A DNA stretch of 64,000 bases. It comes from Mytilus galloprovincialis (Eukaryota). The notes beneath the pieces are model-generated. The model had not been told where the DNA came from and did no database searches. It worked only from the letters and a program-made list of their open reading frames with translations. The stretch spans positions 69,974,935-70,038,934 of the forward strand of contig NC_134847.1 of assembly GCF_965363235.1 (NCBI RefSeq), read 5' to 3'. The position numbers and the translations under genes are program-made. This document shows positions 37,440 through 49,611 of the stretch, piece after piece (positions within the stretch are counted from its first letter, which is position 1; every line of letters starts with the position of its first letter).

Positions 37440-37700
37440 TGATAACCAAACTAGCATTTTATTTTCAACGCCCCTGAGTTGTTTCTACTGGTATAAAATG
37501 TCATCTTTTGTCTTGTCTATCCTCTGTCATTGTTAACAATGTTTTCTCAATGCTCTTCAACTTTGTACTTTATTTGGCCTTTTTAACTTTTTTGGATTCG
37601 AGCATCACTGATGAGTCTTTTGTAGACGAAACGCGCGTCTGGCGTATATACTAAATTCAGTCCTGGTATCTATGATGAGTTTATTCATTTCACTTTCACA
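37440..37700 (+). repeat. Solo partial copy of the hammerhead-ribozyme (retrozyme-like) repeat unit with an intact-looking ribozyme
   Basis: ..ctcaatgctcttcaactttgtactttatttggcctttttaac..gagcatcaCTGATGAGtcttttgtagaCGAAACgcgcgtctggcgta: core motifs and both closed helices present. Confidence 0.6.
37598..37647 (+). ncRNA. Type-I hammerhead ribozyme motif (solo)
   Basis: CUGAUGA; helix II GUC/GAC with loop UUUUGUA; GAAAC; helix III ACGC/GCGU with loop GCGUCUG; GUA cleavage triplet. Confidence 0.55.
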
Positions 37701-38326
37701 TTTGGCCATGACAAGATTGACCTAAGGGGTTATCAATTTGGTGATGATGTCTTAAGTGTTTTATTGGAGACCATATTTTTGTCCTTATACGGCTGTATCT
37801 TATTTAGATATGTTGGCATGATTACTATCATTTCTGTATTTACACCTCCTGTTAGGGCACAATTTGCATCCCATATAAAACATGCTAATCTTGGGAGAGG
37901 TGCCATTTTTTATGTCCTGAAATATCAGAAATAATTCAAAGCCAACAATTTCTTTAAGCTGAGGAAAGTAAAAATTTCTGATAGAATTGAAATTCAATTA
38001 GGCTAGATAAAAATTGGTCCTATCGGATTTAAACCTGTTTAAGTCATTTATGAATAAGAATGATGTGGTATGATTGCCAATGAGACAACTCTCCACTAGA
38101 GACCAAACAACCTACATGTTCATTTAATACAAAACTTTTACAGAAAAGAAAATAAGCAAATCAGTATTGTTACCCTCAACAAACTTGATACTACAGCCGA
38201 TGAGATTAATACCGAGTACCCTCAACAAACTTGATACTACAGCCGATGAGATTAATACCGAGTAATGAAAGAAAAAATAAATCTCCTTGTTGAACATTGT
38301 TACATATTTGTTATTTATAATTATAG

Positions 38327-38439
38327 GTCCTTCAACTGATTTGGCTGATTATGGAATCGGTTCAACTATAAAACCAGTGAAGACAGGAGGAACAGTAGAT
38401 AAATATAGTATAAATAAAATATTTGCTATTCAAGAAGAG
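38327..38439 (+). CDS. Internal exon of a + strand gene (..GPSTDLADYGIGSTIKPVKTGGTVDKYSINKIFAIQEE)
   Basis: Acceptor ttatag at 38325-38326 and donor GAG|GTAGGT at 38440; single open frame. Confidence 0.4.
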
Positions 38440-38838
38440 GTAGGTCTTAATTTACAGACACCAATGTTAATAATTAGTCTAAATGGGGGATAATGTTATA
38501 TTTGGTTTTCTGTTAGAATATTAAGTCTGAACACAAATGTGACCTCTTCCAGTTTAGACAAAAACCACCATAAAATTAGCATAAATGTTAAAATTGTGAA
38601 GATTTCAGTAATATTAAACGAATTTATGATGTTATTCCCTTTTGCATGTGCAATGTATTAACAAATACAACACATATTCTACTTTCAAATAAATAGCTAA
38701 AAGTGCTCATTTTAACCCATTTGTTATAATCCTATGATTTGGGGCCAAAAAGAGGTTTTACCTGGCCTACTCATTTTGAAACAGATCTAGATAAATAGTA
38801 TATAACTACAAGATGTTGAAATTTGCCTTTATTTCCAG

Positions 38839-38938
38839 GATGGTAGTTGGAAGTTTTCTCAACAGTTATGTACCTTACTTGGTATAGAATATGATGCTTG
38901 TATGAAAATACTTAAAGAGGCAGGGATAAAATCATTAG
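38839..38938 (+). CDS. Internal exon (DGSWKFSQQLCTLLGIEYDACMKILKEAGIKSL)
   Basis: Acceptor tttccag at 38837-38838, phase 0, matching the previous exon. Donor G|GTAAC at 38939. The QEE-DGSWKxSxxLxxLLGI pattern resembles the C-terminal regions of VWA5A/PARP4-type proteins, a weak call from memory. Confidence 0.4.
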
Positions 38939-39618
38939 GTAACTTTGGACATTCATTTATGCATGCTCATGTTTTGATTAAAATAAAAAAAGAGTAAACT
39001 GTCTACTTGCATTTTTATTGTCTGGTAAAGGTTGCTAAGATTAGACATAACAAACAAACATTTGTTTATCGTCATTTACCTCCAACACTAAAATTAAAAT
39101 ATAGTGAATTTTTTTGTTACGCCTGAGGTAAATGGATGCTTATTGTATTTATTATAATTAGTGAGAAAGTTACATTAAAAAACTATGTATGACAAACAGA
39201 AACTTTGTATTACATGGTATCTGTATTCAATGTGTGAAGCATCCTGGTATTCTACCTTCTGAAATATAAAGCTATATCAAAAGAATTAACCTTTACTATG
39301 ACACTGACAAGGAAAAGCAGGTAAGACAAACGGTCTTGTCAAACCCTTTAAGCTATAACTTTTATAATTTGTATAGCAAAGTCAAGTTTGGAAAACTTCT
39401 GTCAACATTATGTCATTTTGTTTAATTCATCATTTTGCATCAGTAAAACTCATTTGGCTGACTATAAATACAGTTGATGTGTGCATATCTACATTTAGTA
39501 ACTATATTTACACATCTTTTATTAAACCAAAAATATATAAGACTTAAGAAATATTTATTTCACATGTGAACAATTATGTATGTAAAGAGATACAGAATTT
39601 CTGTGTTTTTGATTTCAG

Positions 39619-39938
39619 CTTCGAAAATACAAGAAGAAATTATGATATTACTTGCCACATCTTTAACACTTCTTGTGATCATCCAGCTGATATCTCCTGA
39701 TTTTGTATCTGACCACATTCTGGAACAGTCGTCATGGCAACAACAGCTAACACAATGGCTGTCAGATAGTACTAAAACACCAATCACAAGGCAGATAGGT
39801 TTTAAGACCCCAACCGATTTGTTAAAAATGGTAACCTTCTATCAGCAAAAAGAGGCTGAATATAAATGGACCTCGGACATGTTAGAATTGGGCCATTGTT
39901 GGGGCCATGTTGCTGCTAAAATGTTACATGTAGTTTAG
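39619..39938 (+). CDS. Terminal coding exon (..ASKIQEEIMILLATSLTLLVIIQLISPDFVSDHILEQSSWQQQLTQWLSDSTKTPITRQIGFKTPTDLLKMVTFYQQKEAEYKWTSDMLELGHCWGHVAAKMLHVV*)
   Basis: Acceptor gatttcag at 39617-39618. The phase-1 entry matches the previous exon. The stop is at 39936-39938. Confidence 0.45.
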
Positions 39939-41017
39939 TGCTAATTGTAGACCAATAAGCCACTACTATATATTGTTTTCCTAAATTTCATTGTGCCTTA
40001 AGATTTAATTGATAATGGAGTAAAATATAGCAAATGCTTTCAAAAAACTCCTTGTTCTTGTTTTATCAAGTAAGTATTGACCTAATTGTTGGCATAGTAA
40101 TTGCAATTTGATTATTATTGATTGAGCTTTTTTTTTTATTTCATTTTTTATTATGTTTTTTATAAAGAAAAACCAAATATAAATAATGATTAAAAAAAAT
40201 TCTTTTCCCTATGTACCAAGGTAGCTCTTCAGTATTTATGCTAATAAATATGACATGGTTTTATTTTTTCTCTTTGATTCTAAGAGATTTGAATAATCTA
40301 TATGACTAGCCATTCAAAATGTAGCATTTTACAATATTTATGATATTAGTTATTCAGTGCAAATGTATTGGTTACCACGGAGATAGAAAACTTTGTTCCT
40401 TATAATGTTGTTTACAAAATATTCATTTATTTATTTTATTTATGTATTTATTTTTTTCAAACAAAAGTTAACAAAATTTGAAAAAAGAATTTTAATTAAC
40501 ACTGTCCATCTCAAAATATCTAAATAAAGAAAAAATATTTTATTGGTAATAATGATATAATAATACATAGATGATGGCGTCCTGCAAATTTCTGTTGAAT
40601 ATATTGAATTAATGTTTGAAAGTCAAATAAAAGTTTACCTTTCATGATATGTACAAATTGTTGAACAAAAAGACAAATTTTCATGAAATCTCAATTAAAC
40701 TGCAAGAGAAAAATTGAGTTACTGCAAGTGCTCTGCACAAATAAGTTTTATGTTATACAAATTTCAAAATGCCATTATTATACAATTTACAAAGGCTATG
40801 ATATCATGGATATTATAACTTTTATTTAATTTATTAACACAAATTGTAAAATAAAATTTAGTTTTTTGTAAATTTTTGTAATAACATTTTTTAAAGCATA
40901 TTGTTTTATTATTATTTCTATGTATGTTATTTGATTAATGATTTAATTGTTTGTTTTACGTTTTTTTTTTAATTCATAATTTTATTGTCTAATGATGTTT
41001 ACATTATGCTATCAATT

Positions 41018-42332
41018 CTGTAACATATTTGTAACACTCAGAAACGTGTCCTTCCCCCTAAACGTGTCCGATTCCCCCAAACGTGTCCACATCGACGTCA
41101 CTGAACTGCAAAAACATGTCTAGTTGTCAAAGGGCGCCAAATCGTGTCATTTGTATAAACGCTCAAACGTGTCCATTTTTAAAATAAACCCCCAATCTTG
41201 TCCAATCCCCCAAACGTGTCCATATCAAGCTTTTTATTTTACTGGAACTATCATTAGTGTTCATATTATAAAAACGTAGGTTATTTGTGTGGTTTTTTTT
41301 ATTATTATTATTGTATACTCATTTTACGATCTTTTACTATTTCATTAAAAGATCAGAATAAATTACTTAAATTCTTTTTCTATGTTTGTAGCATTTCACT
41401 CTTTATAATGTGCCATAAGTTGTATTTTGGAAGGCAACATTTTTTTTTAATTTCTGCAACTTTTATTTGAAACGGCCTCTATATTACATAACAGACATTG
41501 AAGTAGTTTCTTACTGATGTCATAAACAAATCGGTCTTTACTCGCATTTATTTTTTTTTAGATTAAAATCCCAACTAGTGGTCATCCCAAATAACCGTAA
41601 AAATTAATGCCCAATTTTAAACTCCCGATTTGATGATAGAACCTATCTACAGTATATATCGTTAATATGATATCGTTCAAATAACGAATGAAATATTTGG
41701 CACTGGACGTTATTTCTCTTGTTCGTGTGTCTTTAGTGACGCTCGTAACCTAAAATTTATTAAAAATTAGAACTGTTAAAAAAAGATGGGAGGTCAATTC
41801 GACTGAAAGCCCATCGTGCAATATTCTGATTAATATAAAATGCATCATCGGAGTTTATTAGTATAAAATAATTTACATAGTAAACGATTAATTGAACTGT
41901 ACTAGAATTATTTGTATGCTCGCTTTAAATGAGCATGAAATACTTGCAACTGGACAATAAGCAAATTCAGTCAAAAGTTAATGCATATGTTACATATTAA
42001 ATTTTCAGTATTGATAATCATTAACAACCGTCATTGAACAAATTAATGCTAATAAATTACCACTTCATCAACTGTGTCCCCCATCATAGAACTGCCGTGA
42101 ACGTTATTGATGTCGCGTTTAGGACATGTATTAGCTCTAAAAGACGCGAGACGTTCTGTCGTTTAAAAGTGGACACGTTTGGGCGAATAACAATAGTATC
42201 GGGCACGTTTGGGGGTTCTGAAATCGGACACGTTTGAGGAACATTGAATATTATGGACATGTTTGGGGAGAATAGACACGTTTGGGGGAATCGGACACGT
42301 TTGGGGGGGAAGGACACGTTTGGGAGTGTTAC
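41018..42332. mobile_element. 1.3-kb non-autonomous TIR DNA transposon-like element with at least 6 subterminal repeats per arm of CCCCAAACGTGTCC
   Basis: The left end gtaacactcagaaacgtgtcc and the right end ggacacgtttgggagtgttac are reverse complements. Arms at about 41018-41230 and 42140-42332 are rich in aaacgtgtcc / ggacacgttt. Both flanks read atattt (41012-41017 and 42333-42338), a putative 6-bp TSD. Confidence 0.65.
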
Positions 42333-44319
42333 ATATTTAAGTGGTCACATTTTGGACATCTTCAGAACTTCATTTGTCTTTATACAGATTGTCAATTGTA
42401 TTATGTATTATATTGTTTAACATTTTTGTTCATAAAACACAAATTACTGCTGCTAGATAGTACAAAAATATTCACTTTTAACTATGTTTTGATTGCTTAA
42501 CTGTGATTTATATATAATTGTTATGTTTTAATTTATCTAAATTGGTTTTGGTATTGAACCTATTATAACCATGTATCTATTATTAACTGATGGTAATGAT
42601 GCAATTATATTAAATTTTTGTTAATCAGTTTCAGTTACAAAATGCCCCTACTATCATGGATCTCTGTTTAATCTAATCTAAAGTCACTTGAAACAAACAG
42701 TTTCACCTGATACATAAAGATTTCACTACCAAATAGGTATTTGAAGGGCTAAAGATGATATTAAATTCACTTAATATCATGTTTTATAGTCATATTTTTA
42801 GCAGTAAGTTTATTAAGTTTTTTTCCTGTGATGAAAATGTTTTTGTTATATCTATTTTTAGCATTTAACAAATTGCTTTATACTTTGTGATAGAAAAAAA
42901 GGTTTTGGTTTTGTGATAATGATTTGTATTATGGTTTAATATATTTAATAAAAAAAAGGATAGGATTAAATTTGTTATTCTAATTCTGCCACTAAATGGA
43001 AAATGAAAATAACATTTTTATAAATTTGTACATGTATAAAGCACATGGTCAGATTTCATGAATAGTTTTAGTTGTAGTTTTTATCATCAAGTAAATAAAT
43101 GTGTTTAATGAAAGTTTAGTCAAAAGAAAATGCAGAAACACTATAAAAGTGGGGCGGATTCAGAATAAACTGAAAACATCATGGCTAAGAACGAAAAAGA
43201 CAAACAGACAAATAATAGTACATGCCATAATATAGGAAACTTAAGGCTTAGCAACAAGAACCCCATCAAAAACTAGGGATTATCTTAGGTGCTCCAAAAT
43301 GATAAGTAGATACTGCTCCACATAACTGTCAACTAACTTGTGATGGCATCCGTAAAATTTACGAAGGAATGCTTTTAACTTTACCATTTGAAACTCTTTG
43401 TTTTAAAAAATCTTCCTTATGAACAGCAACCCTCTACGAAAGAAATCATGGTAGGAAATACAAGCACGAGCATAGATCGTATCAATTGGGAGGCATATAC
43501 TCTGTATGCAGGCGCTGCTGGAATGTTGCTACATAGAAATGGAAAGTTTACAATTGGGAAGCTGAAATAATCTCTATTGTCGAAAAGTTTTGTTTCTGTC
43601 AATTTCTAGATGTAAGTTGAGAACTGAGGCAGACTTAGCTGTATCCGTTATCTCTAGCTCGACAGGATAGATGCATTTAACATAGTTATCAAATTTGACA
43701 CAATTTCCCACTAAACGCTTAACTGCTGGCTGAGAAGGATGTGAAATGTCAAATTTAAAGAAACTATTTGCATATCTGTCAACTTCTCAAAAAATCAAAG
43801 GGGAGATTGTTCCCTCAACAGGACCTAATGCATCTCTTATATATGACATAAGCAATTATTAACAGAATCATATCTAGCATACTTTGGTTTTGAAAAATTG
43901 TATTTGTGCTATAATTTCATTGAATCTTCTTTAATTGGCTGTTTTGATATATTATCAGTTTCAATGATGAGTTCACTTGAAATTACAGAGTTCTGTATCA
44001 TCGACTAATGTAGAAATAATGAAATCTTGAAGAGACTAACACAGGAATAGTTTATTTTGTTCTATTTGACTTTAAAACAAGATTTTATTATAAACTAAGC
44101 AATGAGGGAACAATAATCCGCTGAACACATTTGGAAATTAAAGTTTTGATGGTAGTCAAAATATTATTCTTTACAAACAAGTTTATTGTGATTCATCTAA
44201 AAAAATCACGAATTTCCTTATAATTGCATAACAAATATTTTATCAACAAAATTTTATTTTGAATGGCAAAATGTAAATATTTGTAGAAGTTACAAATTAA
44301 ATTGAATTTTAGTTAGTTG

Positions 44320-44480
44320 CATTTGCACAACTTTTTGGGAATTTTGTGTTCTCAATACTCTTCAGTTTTGTACTTGTTTCGATCTAAAACTGCATGTATT
44401 TTGATCTGAGTGTCACTGATGAGTCTTATGTAGAAGAAACGCGCGTCTGACATATTAAATTATAATCCTGGTACCTTCGA
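44320..44480 (+). repeat. Fragment of the retrozyme-like unit with a mutated hammerhead (helix II G:A mismatch, helix III disrupted)
   Basis: gtgtcaCTGATGAGtcttatgtagaaGAAACgcgcgtctgacat. Confidence 0.5.
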
Positions 44481-45229
44481 TAACTATTCACAGAAGCAAT
44501 ATCTAAGGAAATCTGTGAGTAAAATTTTAGACCATGACCAGCATAAAATTTAAATCATAATGATCAGATCAAAATTTCCATTTACTTGGATTCAATGAAC
44601 AATTAATCTAAATGACAATCAGCCTCATGTAGCACACATACCCCATTAAAATGAGCATGGATAGAATTTAAGCTATTGTTGATTTATTTTCTTCTGATTG
44701 TACCAATTGTCGTGGATTGGAGAGAATCATATTCTCGTGGATGTTTGATCTTGCAGATTTGACAAAGTCTACATACAAATGTGGAAAAGTTCTAATCCGC
44801 TGAACATTTTGATATGTTGTTTCACCTTTACACATGAAATGACCCCAGCAAATGATATCCTAAGAATGTTTTAGAATTTACAACATTTAACTGAAATACT
44901 GTAAAAAAAAACCACTTCAGTTTGGGTAAACATGTAGTTATGTGGATAATTGTGACCTCAACAGATTGATCTCTGCCCGTTTAATGTTCAGTGGCAATTG
45001 TTTCATGCATATTAAGGTTGATGTAAATATTTGGTACATTGGCCAAATGTAGGATTTGCCTGTACATGCTGTAAGGAGATGTAGAATGTCAGCTCTCGAA
45101 AACCACAGATGAAAACTTTCAAAATGAAGCTCTTAACAAAATATGCAGATGGTAGGAACAATGTCACTGACCTATTTAATCAAATTAAGCTACCAACAAA
45201 AGCCAGATTCAAGCACATTTTCTGTTGAA

Positions 45230-45320
45230 AGTTCACTGATGAGTCTTTTGTAGACGAGACGAGCGTCTGGTGTAAATATAACATTTCAATCCTGGTATCT
45301 ATGATGAGTTTATTCATAGC
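45230..45320 (+). repeat. Degenerate fragment of the retrozyme-like unit (GAAAC mutated to GAGAC)
   Basis: ttcaCTGATGAGtcttttgtagacgagacgagcgtctggtgta. Confidence 0.45.
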
Positions 45321-46384
45321 TAAAATTAAAAAAACAAGATTAAGCTGGATACATTAGATGACATTATAATAGTGTGTTGTATTATAGTTTAGCTACCTTG
45401 GTTGAGTTGACTATGGAATAATATATAAAATTCCTAGATGCAACCAGAAAAAAAATAATGAATTAGCGAATCTGAAAATTTACATTACTTTAATGCTATA
45501 GTTTTTGATGGTGATGTATCGTTTAAAACAGTTAAAGTATGACTTTAAGAAGAAGCGTGCATTTGAAAAGGAAAACACACCTAGTGGGCAACGCTTTCCA
45601 CGTTTTATACACTCAACACCCGACTAAAAGTCTCAAGGAATTCAAAGATGAGAAGATACATGGTTAATTCTACGAACCCGAAATTCAGAAGACAGCCTAA
45701 GACGTGAACTGCATTTAAAAGATCTAGCGAAAGCTATACAGGAACATAGTCTGTATATTGGCATATAATATGTTTTTCCCTTTTACACCGACCCACGGAA
45801 TCCGCGATCGCCTATGTAAATTCCATCCCGAAGTATCAGCTAGGAATTCTACACCAAATGAAGTTTATACCCTCAGTATATTTTTTTGGATCAAACAATC
45901 AGACTACAGTTAAAACAACTCATCAAGCTGATTTGTCTTAACCGTTCGATAAGACTACTAGTATGAAGGTTACTTAGACGTTGAACAGCAATCCATCATT
46001 AGATCATGCTTTGTCTGAATTGATAAACGGTTATATGAGTCTTATGTAGACGAAACGCGCGTCTGGCGTACTAAATTAAAATCCTGGTACCTTTGATAAC
46101 TATTTACACCACTGGGTCGATGCCACTGCTGGTGGACGTTTCGTCCCCGAGGGTATCACCAGCCCAGTTGTCAACACTTAGGTGAAGAAATGAATATCAA
46201 TAATGTGGTCATTTATTTTTATAAATTTCCTGTTTACAAAACTTTGAATTTTTCGAAAAACTAAAGATTTTCCTATCCCAGGCAAAGATTACCTTAGCCG
46301 TATTTGGCACAACTTTTTGGAATTTTGGATCCTCAATGCTCTTCAACTTTGTACTTGTTTGGCCTTATAAATTCTTTGATATGA

Positions 46385-46430
46385 GCGTCACTGATGAGTC
46401 TTATGTAGACGAAACGCGCGTCTGGCGTAC
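46385..46430 (+). ncRNA. Type-I hammerhead ribozyme (complete core), unit 2 of the array
   Basis: CUGAUGA at 46391-46397; helix II GUC-UUAUGUA-GAC; GAAAC at 46411-46415; helix III ACGC-GCGUCUG-GCGU; cleavage after GUA at about 46429. Confidence 0.65.
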
Positions 46431-46743
46431 TAAATTAAAATCCTGGTACCTTTGATAACTATTTACACCACTGGGTCGATGCCACTGCTGGTGGACGTTT
46501 CGTCCCCGAGGGTATCACCAGCCCAGTAGTCAACACTTAGGTGTTGAAATGAATATCAATAATGTGGTCATTTATTTTTATAAATTTCCAGTTTACAAAA
46601 CTTTGAATTTTTCGAAAAACTAAGGATTTTCTTATCCCAGGCATAGATTACCTTAGCCGTATTTGGCACAAATTTTTGGAATTTTGGATCCTCAATGCTC
46701 TTCAACTTTGTACTTGTTTGGCTTTACAAATACTTTAATATGA

Positions 46744-46790
46744 GCGTCACTGATGAGTCTTATGTAGACGAAACGCGCGTCTGGCGTACT
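46744..46790 (+). ncRNA. Type-I hammerhead ribozyme (complete core), unit 3 of the array
   Basis: Identical motif; CUGAUGA at 46750-46756 and GAAAC at 46770-46774. Confidence 0.65.
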
Positions 46791-46935
46791 AAATTAAAAT
46801 CCTGGTACCTTTGATAACTATATACGTCTTGATCTCGCAGCAGTATGTCTCTATTCAAGACAAAATATTGTCCAGGTTTTTATGCTGTTCTTTCAATTTC
46901 TTATTCGCTTGTCTCTTCAGATTTTTCTTGCATGT

Positions 46936-47247
46936 TTACATCAGCTCTTGCCAATTCTTTGGAAACTAGCCTTTCGTCACCAGCTAATCAGCTACTTTCC
47001 TTCGGAAAGTTTACGAATATAATGGTTGTACACATTTCGTTTCATCATCCACACTGGCCCTGTGAGCTGTCAAATTGATGAAGCAAGTGATTACATCAGC
47101 TCTTGCCAATTCTTTGGAAACTAGCCTTTCGTCACCAGCTAATCAGCTACTTTCCTTCGGAAAGTTTACGAATATAATGGTTGTACACATTTCGTTTCAT
47201 CATCCACACTGGCCCTGTGAGCTGTCAAATTGATGAAGCAAGTGATT
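46936..47247. repeat. 157-bp tandem duplication (x2)
   Basis: acatcagctcttgccaattctttggaaactagcctttcgtcaccagctaatcagctactttccttcggaaagtttacgaatataatggttgtacacatttcgtttcatcatccacactggccctgtgagctgtcaaattgatgaagcaagtgatt is repeated exactly. Confidence 0.85.
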
Positions 47248-48423
47248 TTCATCTTGAGGTCGTCGAACGTATTAGTCAGGTTCCTTCTTCGCTCCCTCAA
47301 TAAAATCCAAACTTGTCGATCTAACATGCTTTATTTGACGACATTAAACTTGGTGTTTTTCATTTTAATAATGTCTATATATATGTTTTCGATAAAGATA
47401 AAGCTCCTATTAAAGTTTTACTCTGCTACGAATTTCGTTCCTTTCTTCTTTGTTGTAATGTACTATTATATCATTTGTTTATCTATTTTATAATTATCTG
47501 TTATGAGTGTTCCTATGTTTGTTTGTACTGTATTACTGCCACGTAGTGTTGTCATTCAAGCGGTGTTTGCAATATTGACACATAAGCTGGAGGTTTGGCT
47601 AACCATAAGACCAGGTTCAACTCACCATTTTGTCTAAAAAAATGTCCTGTACTGAGGAATATGGCAGTTGTTATTTTAGTCTGTTTCTATGTGTGTTAAC
47701 ATTAGAATTTGAAATGTTGGTGTTCATTGTATTTTGTTGTTTCTTTCCTCCTATATTTCACCAAGAGCTATCGTATCTAGAATGAGTTTTTTTAATACGC
47801 TAGATACATTTGTTTTAGTTTGCTACCCGGATTTGTTTTTGCTTAATCGAACTATGAATATTAAACAGCGGTATACTTTGTCTTTATCTGTTTCTAGTTT
47901 GGACGTCAACGCTCTTGCAGATGCATGTGTTCCATGATATTGCTGAACACCGAATGGTTTATAAGTTTGAAAAAGTTTTTCTAAGAGTCGGTCTATGCCT
48001 TGGCGTGAAGACTTGTGTGCATGTTGATACACATTTTGAGCCATGAAGACTCCTCGAATCCGATAACTGATGTGGTTGATCAAAGTCAATTGTCATTGCT
48101 AAGCACTGTTTCAAATTGTTGTTATGGAGTATACACTTTTTGCAGTTATTCAGGTTATTCAGTTCGTCCACCTTGTTGATATCTTTGTTCTCGTTCTCAT
48201 TTATTCCTATATTCCCATGCTCCAACATAGAATCGTCATGTTTGAAGTGGAATTCTTGGGGTAATCGATGTCGCATTGAACCATGTACCCCTTCTCGTGA
48301 TAGTTTTAGGGGACGACCATTTGATATTCGGTGGGAGGGGGGGGGGGAATGGTGGCAGGAGGATTTTGAAAATAAATAACTCAGCCTTGATACTCACAAA
48401 AATAATAATAAAAGTATAAATAC

Positions 48424-49611
48424 TAGGGATGTCAAAAGATCAGAAATTTAATACTCGGATACTCGGTCAAGATACTCGAGTACTCGCGAGTAATCGGATG
48501 AATCTTAAACGTCTATTGAAAAATTTAGATTTAAGGTGGGATGCAGTGTTTTTGTTATTACCTTTCATAAACATAAGTCAAACGTACTTCAAACATAGCT
48601 TGCTCCTCTGTTTTTTGTTTGTAGTCAATTTAACAATGAATTACCGACCGCCGTTTCTACAAATAACCTATCATAATACCAATCATTGCTTGTGTACGTG
48701 TTCATGAACCAAATTTCAATAAAATCAAAAATATTTGAATATAAAGTCCGACACAGTATACAATATATAATATGTATCATCTGTTCCTGAGGAGTTGGTA
48801 TCTTTAATGATACGACTTGTCCGTTAATTTGTCAACAAGAATATTGGACTTCAAATTACATGTGCTTTTTCGTGCTGCACAGTCTTACTTGTTCTGTGTT
48901 GTTTGGTTTTATTTGGCTCCATCGTTTTTCTGATTTTCTTTTATTTTTTTGCCACGACGTTGTCAGTTTATTTTCGACATTTGAGTTTGAATGTCGCTCT
49001 CGTAATTTCGTCTATCTTTTAATTGTAAATTAAACAATTATAGTTAAATTTCAAATATTGTGTAATTAGATTAATTTAAATGTAAATCGCATACCAATCA
49101 CGTTTACATAGAAGTCTTGATTAACAAACAAAGATAAGTTTTACGGCTTGTGATGAGTTAATTATTAATCCATGAAAGTGTTGATCTGTGTACAAACACC
49201 GTTAAATATGACTGTCTCCAATCAGTTGCGTATGGTTTATCGCAGGTCATTTTGTTCTTGTTTAGAAATATGATATGGTCAATAATTTCAGACGAAAGAC
49301 TGTTTGACTTTCCATTTTTTTTGTTACAAGTAATGCACATGAAAACATTCCCGCGGAATAAAAGAACTTTGCTGGTACTACTATAACAAATAGAAGCCTC
49401 ATAATAATCATATTTATGCTCTTAATTGGTTTTATTTAAATAAAGTATTACGAATGTGATATTTCAACGGTACTAAAGTGAGTGGAAATGTGAAGAGAAC
49501 ATATCTCAAGATATACAACAGGCAAACGAGTAACCGAGTACTAAAACTGTACTCGAGTACTAGGTCTTCCGATCGAGTACCCGAGTACTCGAGTACTCGT
49601 TGCCATCCCTA
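48424..49611. mobile_element. Non-autonomous hAT-superfamily element (1188 bp) with Ac-like TIR TAGGGATG.CAA and a perfect 8-bp TSD ATAAATAC
   Basis: Left tagggatgtcaaaag and right cgttgccatcccta. The TSD ataaatac sits at 48416-48423 and 49612-49619. Subterminal gagtactcg / cgagtact repeats in both arms. No transposase ORF. Confidence 0.8.

Larger units (their letters stand above)
46031..46826 (+). repeat. Tandem array (about 2.2 copies, period 359 bp) of a retrozyme-like repeat, each unit carrying a type-I hammerhead ribozyme
   Basis: Units start at about 46031, 46391 and 46750 and are near-identical. Each carries gagcgtcaCTGATGAGtcttatgtagaCGAAACgcgcgtctggcgtac plus a conserved GC-rich segment ccactgggtcgatgccactgctggtggacgtttcgtccccgagggtatcaccagccc. 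Confidence 0.75.
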
